Shown piece after piece: positions 26,987 through 36,019 of a stretch of 64,000 nt of DNA. The stretch covers positions 5,376,001-5,440,000 of the forward strand of contig OZ242374.1 of the NCBI GenBank assembly GCA_965209055.1, read 5' to 3'. This DNA is from Acidobacteriota bacterium. Lineage in GTDB: Bacteria > Acidobacteriota > UBA6911 > RPQK01 > JAJDTT01. The translations under genes were made by a program, and so were the position numbers. Below the pieces are notes generated by a model that ran no database searches, was not told where the DNA came from, and saw nothing but the letters and a program-made list of their open reading frames with translations. How positions within the stretch are numbered: the stretch's first letter is position 1; every line of letters begins with the position of its first letter.

Positions 26987-28333
26987 TCATTTCCGCTGTA
27001 CCTCGATGGGCAGAACAAAGATGCGGGTGAGATCGCCCGCGTGGGCCGGTTTTGGTTTTGCCCCGCGGTCATAAACGAGAAGCAGCCGATTCGGGGAGAC
27101 TTCCACCATCTCGGTATAGGCCGAGGTCTGAGTGCGTCCCTCACGACCAGGAGTGGATGCGTCGTACGCGTAAGAGCCGATGCGATAGGTGGCGTCAGGC
27201 GCCCATCCGTTGTGGTGCTCTGCGATATCGATGCTCTGCCAGCTTTCACCTCGGCGATCGGTGGAAAGCCAAAGCCAGATACCGGGCCGGCCGGTGGAGA
27301 TGACGATCGTTCCATTGGCGACGCGCTGCATGCTGGGTTCCACGCTGTAGGCAGGGATGGGTTCCGCTTTCGTCCAGCTGCGGCCCCCATCACTGCTGTA
27401 GGTTCGGTGCAGGTACCAGGGGAGGCCGCTGCCCACGCGAAAAACGGCCATCAGATCTCCATCCTCAAGCTGGATGAGGGCCGTTTCGCTGGGACCATTG
27501 GCCCCCCTCTTGGGCGACTCGGGCATGACGGCAGGATCGGAGATCGTAGAAAAGTAGCGCCAGGTCCGTCCCCGGTCTTCGGAGACAAAAAGCAGGCTGC
27601 TCATCAATTCCTCCGGATACGCATTTGTGCTGAGGTATCCGGTCACGAAAAGCTTCCCTTCCAGTTCAAAAGCGTTGCCGTCCAGTTTGGTCCGCGCAAT
27701 CCAGTTCGTTCGCGGAATGGGACTGGGAAACATATCCACGGCCCAGGGCAGGTCCACGATTTTCGTTCCACCCGGTTCAAAGATGAGCCGATCTCCTCCT
27801 TGTTCAAAGCGGCAGTATGGAGCATGCAGGTTGTGTCTGTCCTCGGGGTCCGACTGATAGAATTGGGAAGGTATAGCCAGCAGAGAGCCCTCGGTTTGGG
27901 GAAAATAGATCCAAGGCTGATGATCGGGAATCAGGTCGTAGCGATGTCCCCAGGTCTTGCCCCCATCCTTGGAGATCTGGAAGGCCCTGAGGTAAACCGG
28001 CTCTTCGTTCGTATCCCCCACCAGCGAATAGGTCACCATAAGTTCACCCGTAGGGAATTTTGCAATGGTGGGAAGAGGGTGAATGAAAGCCCAGGGCCCA
28101 TCCGAACCGCTCCGCCACGCCCTCTGGGCGGTTATCTGGATGGGTCGGCCCAAGCGCACTTGCAGCCCTTCTAACTTCACCTCGCTCATTATTTCCGCTG
28201 CGAACGTGCCTGAAGCATGAATTCGCTGGGTTTGGTCGCAGCTAGAAATAGACACTAGAACCCACAGCAGTAACGTCCGCTTCGACCAGAAGCTGTAGTC
28301 ATGCAATTGGTCCATGCCACTTCCCCTTACCAC
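26987..28333 (-). CDS. BNR/Asp-box (sialidase-like) putative lipoprotein
   Basis: ISSC lipobox-like; SKDGGKTW, SEDRGRTW, SSDGGRSW; TSAYT. Confidence 0.82.
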   Translation of the reverse strand: MVRGSGMDQLHDYSFWSKRTLLLWVLVSISSCDQTQRIHASGTFAAEIMSEVKLEGLQVRLGRPIQITAQRAWRSGSDGPWAFIHPLPTIAKFPTGELMVTYSLVGDTNEEPVYLRAFQISKDGGKTWGHRYDLIPDHQPWIYFPQTEGSLLAIPSQFYQSDPEDRHNLHAPYCRFEQGGDRLIFEPGGTKIVDLPWAVDMFPSPIPRTNWIARTKLDGNAFELEGKLFVTGYLSTNAYPEELMSSLLFVSEDRGRTWRYFSTISDPAVMPESPKRGANGPSETALIQLEDGDLMAVFRVGSGLPWYLHRTYSSDGGRSWTKAEPIPAYSVEPSMQRVANGTIVISTGRPGIWLWLSTDRRGESWQSIDIAEHHNGWAPDATYRIGSYAYDASTPGREGRTQTSAYTEMVEVSPNRLLLVYDRGAKPKPAHAGDLTRIFVLPIEVQRK

Positions 28334-28428
28334 TCAATTATGTTGGTGATATTCGGCTGGCCGGGGATCACGTCGAAACACCCAGCCTTCCGGGATTCGC
28401 GATTGATTATCTCCTTCCTCGCTGGTAC

Positions 28429-28443
28429 TTTATAAGTTATAAA
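28429..28443. promoter_or_regulatory. Perfect 7-1-7 palindrome TTTATAA-G-TTATAAA in a divergent intergenic region
   Basis: Read directly; core TATAA-N-TTATA recurs at 20553 and 58457. Confidence 0.5.
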
Positions 28444-28742
28444 TGAGTCGGTGGCAAGTCGCTACCTCAACGGCGAGGCGCTCGTTGCCTAGCCTGGAAA
28501 GCAACGGCGTTTGCCGGGCTGGCGGAAGTGGACGCGTAGCGGTTCTAATGCCATGGCAGCGGTTCGTATGCCATGGAGGATGGCTACGCACTCCTCCTCA
28601 AGAAGCGGGCTTGGGAATCGTTGTCAGCGACGGAATCAAGAACCGCTATCTTTTCGTCCCGGGCAGTCGAGAGCAATGCGGCGTAGTCGGCAACGTCATG
28701 ACAGATTGAGAATTCCGTGCTTTTTTGACCCGGAGTAGAACG

Positions 28743-30536
28743 ATGCACAACCGACGAATATTCCTGGGAAGGGCAGGCGCTCTCGCCGGCATGGTCCCCG
28801 CCTCACTTGGCCAAAGCCTGCACGGAACTGGACGAACCCCAACCAAATTGAAACCAGTCAAGGGGCGACGGCGACGGATTGTCTGGAACAACGACGGCAG
28901 CGACATGTTGCAGCCGGCATACGCCGGCGGAAAATGGCCGATTCCGATGAAATCCGTGAAGGCTTTTCTCGAGGGTACGCTCAAGTGCGTCGAAGGCACT
29001 CAGGTCGACAGCATATTTTATTGTGCCCACGTGAATGAACCGGACTGGGAGATTCCCACCAAGTACATTAAGGTCTTGGGGGCGAACCCGGTCAAGCACG
29101 TGGTGGATTTTGCCCACCGCAACGGAATGGAGTTTTTCTACGCCATCCGTATGAATGACGTCCATGCGGGACGCTATCCGGCCAAACCCTCCTACTGGCC
29201 GCCCTTTCGGCTCCAGCATCCGGAACTTCTGATGGGTTATATCTCCCGCGAACACTGGGAGCAGAAAGTCACGCCCTGGGTCGAGCGATTCATGGCCATT
29301 GAAAAAGAACGTTGGGAAAGGAAGCTCTACGATCCACAAAAGGAAGTGGAATTGCGCCGCCTGGCAGAGCAAGAACATCCGCTCGCGGAGGTGTTCCAGC
29401 GCAACGGAGTGGCCTCGCGTGACCTGTGGTTCTGGGCAGGTTATGACTGGGCGCTACCTCCCGTGCGATCTCGTTACCTGGAAGTCGTCGAAGGCGCTTG
29501 CCGACGTTACGATCTGGAGGGCATCGAGCTCGACTGGCTGAGACACACCGGGTATTTCAAGCTGGGCGAGGAACGCCGCAACATCCCCATCATGAACGAC
29601 TTCGTTCGCCAAGTGCGGCAGCGTCTGGACCACTATGCCCAGAAAAGAGGCCGTCCCATTTTGCTGGCGGTAAGGACTCCTGACACGATCGACGCAAGTT
29701 TGTCGATCGGACTGGATCCGGAGACGTGGGTCCGTGAAGGTTGGGTCGATCTTTTGATGGCCGGAACGGGTCTGATGCCGTTTTCAGTTCCCATGGCCGA
29801 GTGGGTGGACCTCGGGCACCGTTATCACGTCCCGGTCTACGGATGCCTGGACCGCTTGTATGCCACCTTTCGCACCGGCCGCCCGAAATACGACATGCGG
29901 GACCCTGACATAGAAGGAGACGACGCATCGCACTACGACTCCGTTAATGCGGCTTGTCATCGGTTTTGGAACGAAGGCGTAGACGGCATCTACGTGTACA
30001 ATTGGCACACGCATCACGGCCCCACCGATCCCCGGGATTACGGTACGGTGCCACGGGTCGGCGAGCCAGGACCTCTGGTGCGCCGGAACAAGCTCTATCG
30101 GATCGATACCGATAATTATTACTCCAGTGGCGCCATCGGGGACAGTTGCATGCCCCCTCAGTTGCCGAAAGCTTTCACCACTCAGGCGGGTCCTTCCAGT
30201 GATCGCTTCACTTTGCGGATTGCGGACGATCCTGACTCCGTTGCTCGCGCGGCGCTGCAGATCCGGTGGAAGCGGCCCGGGGACCCCAGTCGAGCCAGTT
30301 GGCAACTGAATGGGACACCTTTATCGGACCCCCGGCCCTTGTCTGTCAAAGGGTATGGAGCATCCTACGGGTTCGGGTTCCAGGAGGAAGCTGGTTGGAG
30401 CGCGTTTGAAGTCTCCCCCCAGGCCTTGAAAAGAGGAGAAAACAAGCTGCGGATCGTGGTCCAGCCTCCTGACGCTGGTGACCCGGCCAGACCCGTCGAA
30501 CTACTCGAAATCCGCCTCTGGATCGGCTATTCCTGA
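28743..30536 (+). CDS. Tat-exported GHL10-like TIM-barrel protein (paralog 1)
   Basis: NRRIFL; WNNDGSD, IRMNDVH, HPELL, RYDLEGIELDW.RH, DGIYVYNW. Confidence 0.75.
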   Translation: MHNRRIFLGRAGALAGMVPASLGQSLHGTGRTPTKLKPVKGRRRRIVWNNDGSDMLQPAYAGGKWPIPMKSVKAFLEGTLKCVEGTQVDSIFYCAHVNEPDWEIPTKYIKVLGANPVKHVVDFAHRNGMEFFYAIRMNDVHAGRYPAKPSYWPPFRLQHPELLMGYISREHWEQKVTPWVERFMAIEKERWERKLYDPQKEVELRRLAEQEHPLAEVFQRNGVASRDLWFWAGYDWALPPVRSRYLEVVEGACRRYDLEGIELDWLRHTGYFKLGEERRNIPIMNDFVRQVRQRLDHYAQKRGRPILLAVRTPDTIDASLSIGLDPETWVREGWVDLLMAGTGLMPFSVPMAEWVDLGHRYHVPVYGCLDRLYATFRTGRPKYDMRDPDIEGDDASHYDSVNAACHRFWNEGVDGIYVYNWHTHHGPTDPRDYGTVPRVGEPGPLVRRNKLYRIDTDNYYSSGAIGDSCMPPQLPKAFTTQAGPSSDRFTLRIADDPDSVARAALQIRWKRPGDPSRASWQLNGTPLSDPRPLSVKGYGASYGFGFQEEAGWSAFEVSPQALKRGENKLRIVVQPPDAGDPARPVELLEIRLWIGYS

Positions 30537-30637
30537 AGCTTCTGCCGCAGATGCGGAACACTCAATTTGAGGAAACGCAGTAGTTGAGTATTTGTGACCG
30601 GCGCCGGCATCGACCGCTTGGCCCGGTAGGGGGAGTC

Positions 30638-32050
30638 ATGCTCAAACCCTTTTCAATTTGTGTGGCAATCCTTTACGCCGTATGTCTGGTCTGGGGAGAG
30701 CCGGGAGACAAGGGCGTCCTTTTCGTGAATGAAATCATGACCGCCAGTGCATTTGCCAACGGGGCGATGGATGAAGATGGCGATTTCCAAGGCTGGATCG
30801 AACTCTACAACAGCGGAGACAACGCGATCGAACTGACCGGCTATTACCTTTCCAATGATCCTCAGCAGCCCAGGAGATGGAGATTCCCGGCTGGCGATGT
30901 TTCCCCTCACGGGTTTCTGGTGATCTGGGCCTCCGCCAAGAACAAGATCGGAGCCAACGGAGAGCTGCACGCGAACTTTCGGCTATCGGGTGCCGGGCCG
31001 GTTCTTCTCACCGCCCCCGACGGAATCACGTTGATAGACTCGCTTCAGGCCCCTTCCGAAATCGACAGTGACGAATCCTATGGAAGACATCCTGACGGGC
31101 GCGACGAGCGGATTTTCTATACCAACCTGACCAGTACGCCGGGAAAGTCGAATCGAGAGCCGGAATTCTGGGCCAAGGTGATCAACCGTGCCCCCTTTCC
31201 CCCTCGAGACTACGGTGGCGATGTGGTTTTCGCCGGGAAAATGTGGCTTCTCGGGGGCTGGCCCGGGAGAAAAAAGGATGTCTGGCACTCCTCTGACGGG
31301 ATTAACTGGACGCTGGCAACGGCAAACCCTGGTTGGCCGGGGCGCCATGTCTTCGGCTGCGTGGTCTTCAACGACAGAATCTGGGTCATCGGCGGGACGT
31401 CGCTTGAGTCTGACGTTTGGCACTCCAGCAACGGCGTCGACTGGATCCAGGCGACTTCCCAGGCTCCCTGGGGACCCGACAAACCGGGCCGTGCTGTTGT
31501 CCACAGGGGCAAGATGTGGTTCCTCGCCCATGGGAAGACGCTTTGGTCCTCGACCGACGGAGTCGACTGGACCCAGACCATGAGCCAGGCTCCTTGGCCT
31601 GAACGGGGAAGCCCCACTTTTCAAGTCTTCAAGGATCGGCTGTGGGTGATGGGAGGAGGCACCTGGAGAACGGGTGACGACGCCATCTACAACGACGTCT
31701 GGTATTCCTCCGACGGTATGAACTGGTCGTGTGCGACCAGGAGTGCGCCTTGGCCTGCGAGGCGGTGGGCGGCCAGTCAGGTTTATCGCAACAAACTGTG
31801 GCTCGTGGGAGGGCACTACGGTCTGGATGGCGATCCGAAAAACTACAACGATGTCTGGTATACGGAAGACGGTGTCCACTGGGAACCCTTCATCTCGAAG
31901 ACGATCTTTACCCCTCGGCACTCCTCTCAGTCCTGGGTTTACCAAGACACCCTGTGGCTGGCGGGCGGTTACTATCACTCCTTCGCCCTCTATAACGATG
32001 TGTGGAAGCTGACCCTGACTGAAATCCAGGAGACTGTGCCGCAGGAATGA
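30638..32050 (+). CDS. Secreted lamin-tail domain plus Kelch-like repeat protein
   Basis: VNEIM...WIELYN...YYLSND...HANFRLS...SYGR.PDG...TPGKSN, then repeats of W.LGG...DVW.S.DG..W. Confidence 0.8.
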   Translation: MLKPFSICVAILYAVCLVWGEPGDKGVLFVNEIMTASAFANGAMDEDGDFQGWIELYNSGDNAIELTGYYLSNDPQQPRRWRFPAGDVSPHGFLVIWASAKNKIGANGELHANFRLSGAGPVLLTAPDGITLIDSLQAPSEIDSDESYGRHPDGRDERIFYTNLTSTPGKSNREPEFWAKVINRAPFPPRDYGGDVVFAGKMWLLGGWPGRKKDVWHSSDGINWTLATANPGWPGRHVFGCVVFNDRIWVIGGTSLESDVWHSSNGVDWIQATSQAPWGPDKPGRAVVHRGKMWFLAHGKTLWSSTDGVDWTQTMSQAPWPERGSPTFQVFKDRLWVMGGGTWRTGDDAIYNDVWYSSDGMNWSCATRSAPWPARRWAASQVYRNKLWLVGGHYGLDGDPKNYNDVWYTEDGVHWEPFISKTIFTPRHSSQSWVYQDTLWLAGGYYHSFALYNDVWKLTLTEIQETVPQE

Positions 32051-32075
32051 TCAGGGACCACGGCGGGATCCCCGA

Positions 32076-33404
32076 TTAATCGCGTTGCAACTCTATCGGC
32101 AAGACGAAAATGCGGCTCCGTTCACCCGAATCGACGGGCGTCGCACCCCAGCCGAAGGGAGCGCGGTCGTACACCAGCAGCAGCCGGTTGGCCGAGATCT
32201 CCACGATCTCCGTGTAGGAGGTGGTCTGACCCCTTCCGCCTCTTTGGCCCTGCTGGGAAATGAGATAGCCGGCGTCCGGCGCCCAGCGGTTGTGATGTTC
32301 GAGGATGTCGATGTCCTGCCAGGTCTGCGCACGGGCGTCGGTGGAGAACCATACGCGTATACCGGGGCGGCCGCTGGAGAGCACGATCGTGTCGTTCTGG
32401 GTTCGGACCATACTCGGCTCCACGCTGAAGGGGGGGATGGGCTCCGCCCGGGTCCAGGACCGGCCTCCATCGCTGCTGTAGGCCCGGCCCAGGTCCAAGA
32501 AACTGCCGACTCGAAACACCGCCATGAGGTCACCATCGGCCAACTGGATCATCGATGTCTCACTGGCCTCCAGAAGTTCCCGAGGCCAGGGTCGACCCTG
32601 GAAACGCGGGTCTTCAGGATCCCGCCTCCTGGCGTCAGCAGTCATCACAAAAGGATCAGCCACGGTTGAGAAGTAGCGCCATGTCCGTCCCTTATTTTCA
32701 GAAACAAAGAGCAGGCTGATCACCTTCTCTTCTTTTCGAGGCTCCAGGTTCCCCCCGGTCCTCATGTATCCGTTGGCCAGGAGACGATCGCCCATCTGAA
32801 GAGCATCGCCGCAGAACTTCAGTCGGGCAATCCAGTTGGTTCGAGGCATCTGGCTCGGAAACGTGCCCACCGGCCAAGGCCAGTCCACTACCCGCACACC
32901 GCCCGGTTCTACAACAACGCTGCTCCCACCGTGCTGGAACAGGGTGTAGCTGGTGTGAAGGTTGTGTCTTTCGTCCGGATCGGGTTGGTAGAGGTGGGCC
33001 AGAAGGGCCAGGAGAGATTCCTCCCCCTGAGGTACGTAGATGGCTGGTTGAAGGTCCGCGATGATGTCATAGCGGTGTCCCCAGCTGCGGCCGCCATTTC
33101 TGGAGGTCTGAAAACCGCGAACCGAATAGGGATTCGCATTGGAATCGGCTGATACGGCATAGGTCACCATCAATTCGCCGGAAGGAAATTTGGCCAGAGT
33201 TGGAAACCAGGCATGACCGATGGTTTGGGTCACCTGGATGGGCTGTCCCAGACGAACGGTCAGGCGTTGCAACCTCACCGTCGTCATTTCACCGGTGGCA
33301 AGAAGGTGGAGTTGCGGTGCAAAACCGGAAGCCCACAGCCAAGCCCCGAGGAGAAACACGATCCTCTTCCCGTGCCTTGGCCTGTGATCGCACTGGTCGA
33401 TCAT
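32076..33404 (-). CDS. BNR/Asp-box (sialidase-like) secreted protein, tandem copy B
   Basis: Asp-boxes; GAGG RBS before ATG 33404; close paralog of 33443-34768. Confidence 0.82.
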   Translation of the reverse strand: MIDQCDHRPRHGKRIVFLLGAWLWASGFAPQLHLLATGEMTTVRLQRLTVRLGQPIQVTQTIGHAWFPTLAKFPSGELMVTYAVSADSNANPYSVRGFQTSRNGGRSWGHRYDIIADLQPAIYVPQGEESLLALLAHLYQPDPDERHNLHTSYTLFQHGGSSVVVEPGGVRVVDWPWPVGTFPSQMPRTNWIARLKFCGDALQMGDRLLANGYMRTGGNLEPRKEEKVISLLFVSENKGRTWRYFSTVADPFVMTADARRRDPEDPRFQGRPWPRELLEASETSMIQLADGDLMAVFRVGSFLDLGRAYSSDGGRSWTRAEPIPPFSVEPSMVRTQNDTIVLSSGRPGIRVWFSTDARAQTWQDIDILEHHNRWAPDAGYLISQQGQRGGRGQTTSYTEIVEISANRLLLVYDRAPFGWGATPVDSGERSRIFVLPIELQRD

Positions 33405-33442
33405 GATTTCCTCCCGGTCGAGAGGGTTTTTTATAGGGATCA

Positions 33443-34768
33443 TCAATCTCCTTCGCTGCGCACCTCGATGGGCAGCACGAAGATGCGCGTGAGTTCGTGC
33501 GGGTGCGACGCCGATGGTTTCGCCCCCCGGTCGTATACGAGCAGCAGCCGGTTGGCCGAAATCTCCACGATCTCCGTGTAAGACGTGGTCCGACTCCTTC
33601 CGCCCCTTTGGCCCCGCGGAGAAATGCTGTAGCCGGCGTCTGGAGCCCAGCGGTTGTGATGTTTGAGGATGTCGATGTCCTGCCAAGTCTGAGCACGGGC
33701 GTCGGTTGAGAACCAGACACGTAGACCGGGGCGGCCACTGGAGAGCACGATGGTGTCATTCTGGGTGCGAACCATACTCGGCTCCACGCTGAAGGGGGGG
33801 ATGGGCTCCACCTGGGTCCAGGAACGGCCTCCATCGCTACTGTAGGCCCGGCCCAGGTCCAAGAAACTGCCGACTCGAAACACCGCCATGAGGTCTCCAT
33901 CGGCCAACTGGATCATCGATGTCTCACTGGCCTCCAGGAGTTCCTGAGGCCAGGGTCGACCCTGGAAACGCGGGTCTTCAGGATCCCGTCTCCTGGCGTC
34001 AGCAGTCATCACAAAAGGATCAGCCACGGTTGAGAAGTAGCGCCATGTCCGTCCCTTATCTTCAGAAACAAAGAGCAGGCTGATCACCTTCTCTTCCTTT
34101 CGAGGCTCCAGGTTCCCCCCGGTCCTCATGTATCCGTTGGCCAGGAGACGATCGCCCATCTGAAGAGCATCGCCGCAAAACTTCAGTCGGGCAATCCAAT
34201 TGGTTCGAGGCATCTGGCTAGGAAACGTACCCACCGCCCAGGGCCAGTCCACCACTTGAGTTCCAGCCGGTTCCATGACCACCCGATCCCCTCCCTGCTC
34301 AAAACGAGAGTAGGTCGAATGCAGGTTGTGCGGATCCTCCAGGTCCGCCTGGTAGAAGTGGGAAGGTATGGCCAATAGGGAATCGTCGTCCCGCGGGACG
34401 TAGATCCAAGGTTGATGGTCGGGGATCAGGTCGTTGCGATGTCCCCAGCTCCTACCCCCGTCCCTGGAGATCTGGAAGGCTCTGAGATAAGTCGGGTTTT
34501 CGTTGGTGTCCGCCACCAGCGAGTAGGTCACCATCAATTCGCCGGAAGGAAATTTGGCCAGAGTTGGAAACCAGGCACGACCGGTGGTTCGGGTCACCTC
34601 GATCGGCTGTCCCAGACGAACGGTCAGGCGCTGCAATCTCACTTTCGTCATTTCGCCGGTGGCAAGAAGGTGGGGTTGCGGTGCAAAGCCGGAAACCCAC
34701 AGCCAGGGCGCAAGGAGCAGCACGATCCTCTTCCCGTGCCTTGGACTGTGATTGCACTGGTCGATCAT
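33443..34768 (-). CDS. BNR/Asp-box (sialidase-like) secreted protein, tandem copy A
   Basis: Same RBS and leader as copy B; Asp-boxes SRDGGRSW, SEDKGRTW, SSDGGRSW. Confidence 0.82.
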   Translation of the reverse strand: MIDQCNHSPRHGKRIVLLLAPWLWVSGFAPQPHLLATGEMTKVRLQRLTVRLGQPIEVTRTTGRAWFPTLAKFPSGELMVTYSLVADTNENPTYLRAFQISRDGGRSWGHRNDLIPDHQPWIYVPRDDDSLLAIPSHFYQADLEDPHNLHSTYSRFEQGGDRVVMEPAGTQVVDWPWAVGTFPSQMPRTNWIARLKFCGDALQMGDRLLANGYMRTGGNLEPRKEEKVISLLFVSEDKGRTWRYFSTVADPFVMTADARRRDPEDPRFQGRPWPQELLEASETSMIQLADGDLMAVFRVGSFLDLGRAYSSDGGRSWTQVEPIPPFSVEPSMVRTQNDTIVLSSGRPGLRVWFSTDARAQTWQDIDILKHHNRWAPDAGYSISPRGQRGGRSRTTSYTEIVEISANRLLLVYDRGAKPSASHPHELTRIFVLPIEVRSEGD

Positions 34769-35203
34769 GATTTCCTCCCGGTCGAGAGGCCCAAGGATAA
34801 ATCTTACGGCAGAAATCCAACCGGGAACAGGGCTATGGCCAAGCGACATTCTCCAGCGGCCTGTCCTCGACCAGCCGGCAAAGGTTCTCGGCGATGGCAT
34901 GTTCGTGGCCATAAACGTTGCAGACCCGGCAGCCGGACGGAACTGCTGAGAAGTCAAGGCCTTCGGTGTCGGCACCCAGGTAGTGGATCAGGCACAAGGA
35001 CGTTCGGTCCTGCCTCAACCATGCCGATTGGAACCTTACGCTCGGAGGTCCAGTTCGCTGAGCTTGATCTCGCTGGCTTCCGGCTTGAAGGTGAAGTACA
35101 GTTCGCACTGTAGGCGCGATTTCTGGCGAAGGGTCAACCGTCTCAAGGCCTTTGCCACGTGGCTCTCCTTGGGCCGGGTAGCCACCTTCTGAGAGCTGAG
35201 GAA

Positions 35204-36016
35204 ATGAACCCCCGATCCGTTCCCATCTTGACCTATCACCATGTTCATCCAGACGGGCACCCGGCATTGCAGCGCGCCGCCAGGAAGGGTCTGCTCGGCC
35301 ACATGGCTGCCAGTGGGTTCCGGAGCCATCTCGAGATGCTGACCGGGACGGGGTGGCAGATTCGCTCTACGTCGGAGATTATCGACTGGCTGATCGACAA
35401 TAGCCAGATTCCGCAACAGACGGTAGCAATCCACTTTGATAACGGGTGGCTGGATACTTGGGAGACCGCCAGAGCCGTACTTGACGAGTTCGGAGCGAGG
35501 GCGCTGGTCTATATCATCGGCGGCGCCACGGAACAGGTCTCAGGACGATCCAGCGTGCCGCAGAGATGGAATCTTCGCACCCGAACCGAGGGCCACGTCA
35601 GCTCGGAGGACCATAGGATTATGAGCTGGGCGCAGGTGCACGATCTGCTGGACAGCGGCTGGGAATTGGGGGCCCATACGCTTACCCATCCGCGGCTCAC
35701 CCGGGTGCTGGCGGAGCAAGGCAAGGAGGAAGTGAGGCGCGAGATCGAGGAATCGAATCAGATCCTGCGCCGCCGACTGGGCATTGAACCGGTCCACTTC
35801 GCCTACCCCAGCGGCGATTGGAACGAAGAAGTCGAGAGAATCGTAGCGCCCTATTACCGCTCCGTCCGGCTTTGGCGCAAGGGCCCGCCCTGGTACTTCA
35901 CCCACGCGGACACGCCGCCCTCGAGGATCGAGTGCCAAAACATCGACACTTCGGTCTCAACCGGACAGATCCGCGCGTTTCTCGCAGCGGCAGCCCGAGG
36001 TGAGCGTATGGCCTAG
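35204..36016 (+). CDS. Polysaccharide deacetylase family (CE4/NodB-like) protein
   Basis: PILTYH, IHFDNG (DN instead of DD), GAHTLTHPRL, FAYPSG. Confidence 0.85.
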   Translation: MNPRSVPILTYHHVHPDGHPALQRAARKGLLGHMAASGFRSHLEMLTGTGWQIRSTSEIIDWLIDNSQIPQQTVAIHFDNGWLDTWETARAVLDEFGARALVYIIGGATEQVSGRSSVPQRWNLRTRTEGHVSSEDHRIMSWAQVHDLLDSGWELGAHTLTHPRLTRVLAEQGKEEVRREIEESNQILRRRLGIEPVHFAYPSGDWNEEVERIVAPYYRSVRLWRKGPPWYFTHADTPPSRIECQNIDTSVSTGQIRAFLAAAARGERMA

Positions 36017-36019
36017 CTG

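Larger units (their letters stand above)
32076..34788. repeat. Tandem gene duplication of about 1.35 kb units
   Basis: Long nearly identical stretches, e.g. ~32480-32850 versus ~33860-34230, and matching 5' leaders. Confidence 0.9.

Noticed and set aside
34790-35200. Protein-like fragments on the - strand (possible pseudogene)
   Set aside because: No family could be recognised and the ORFs overlap the deacetylase start.
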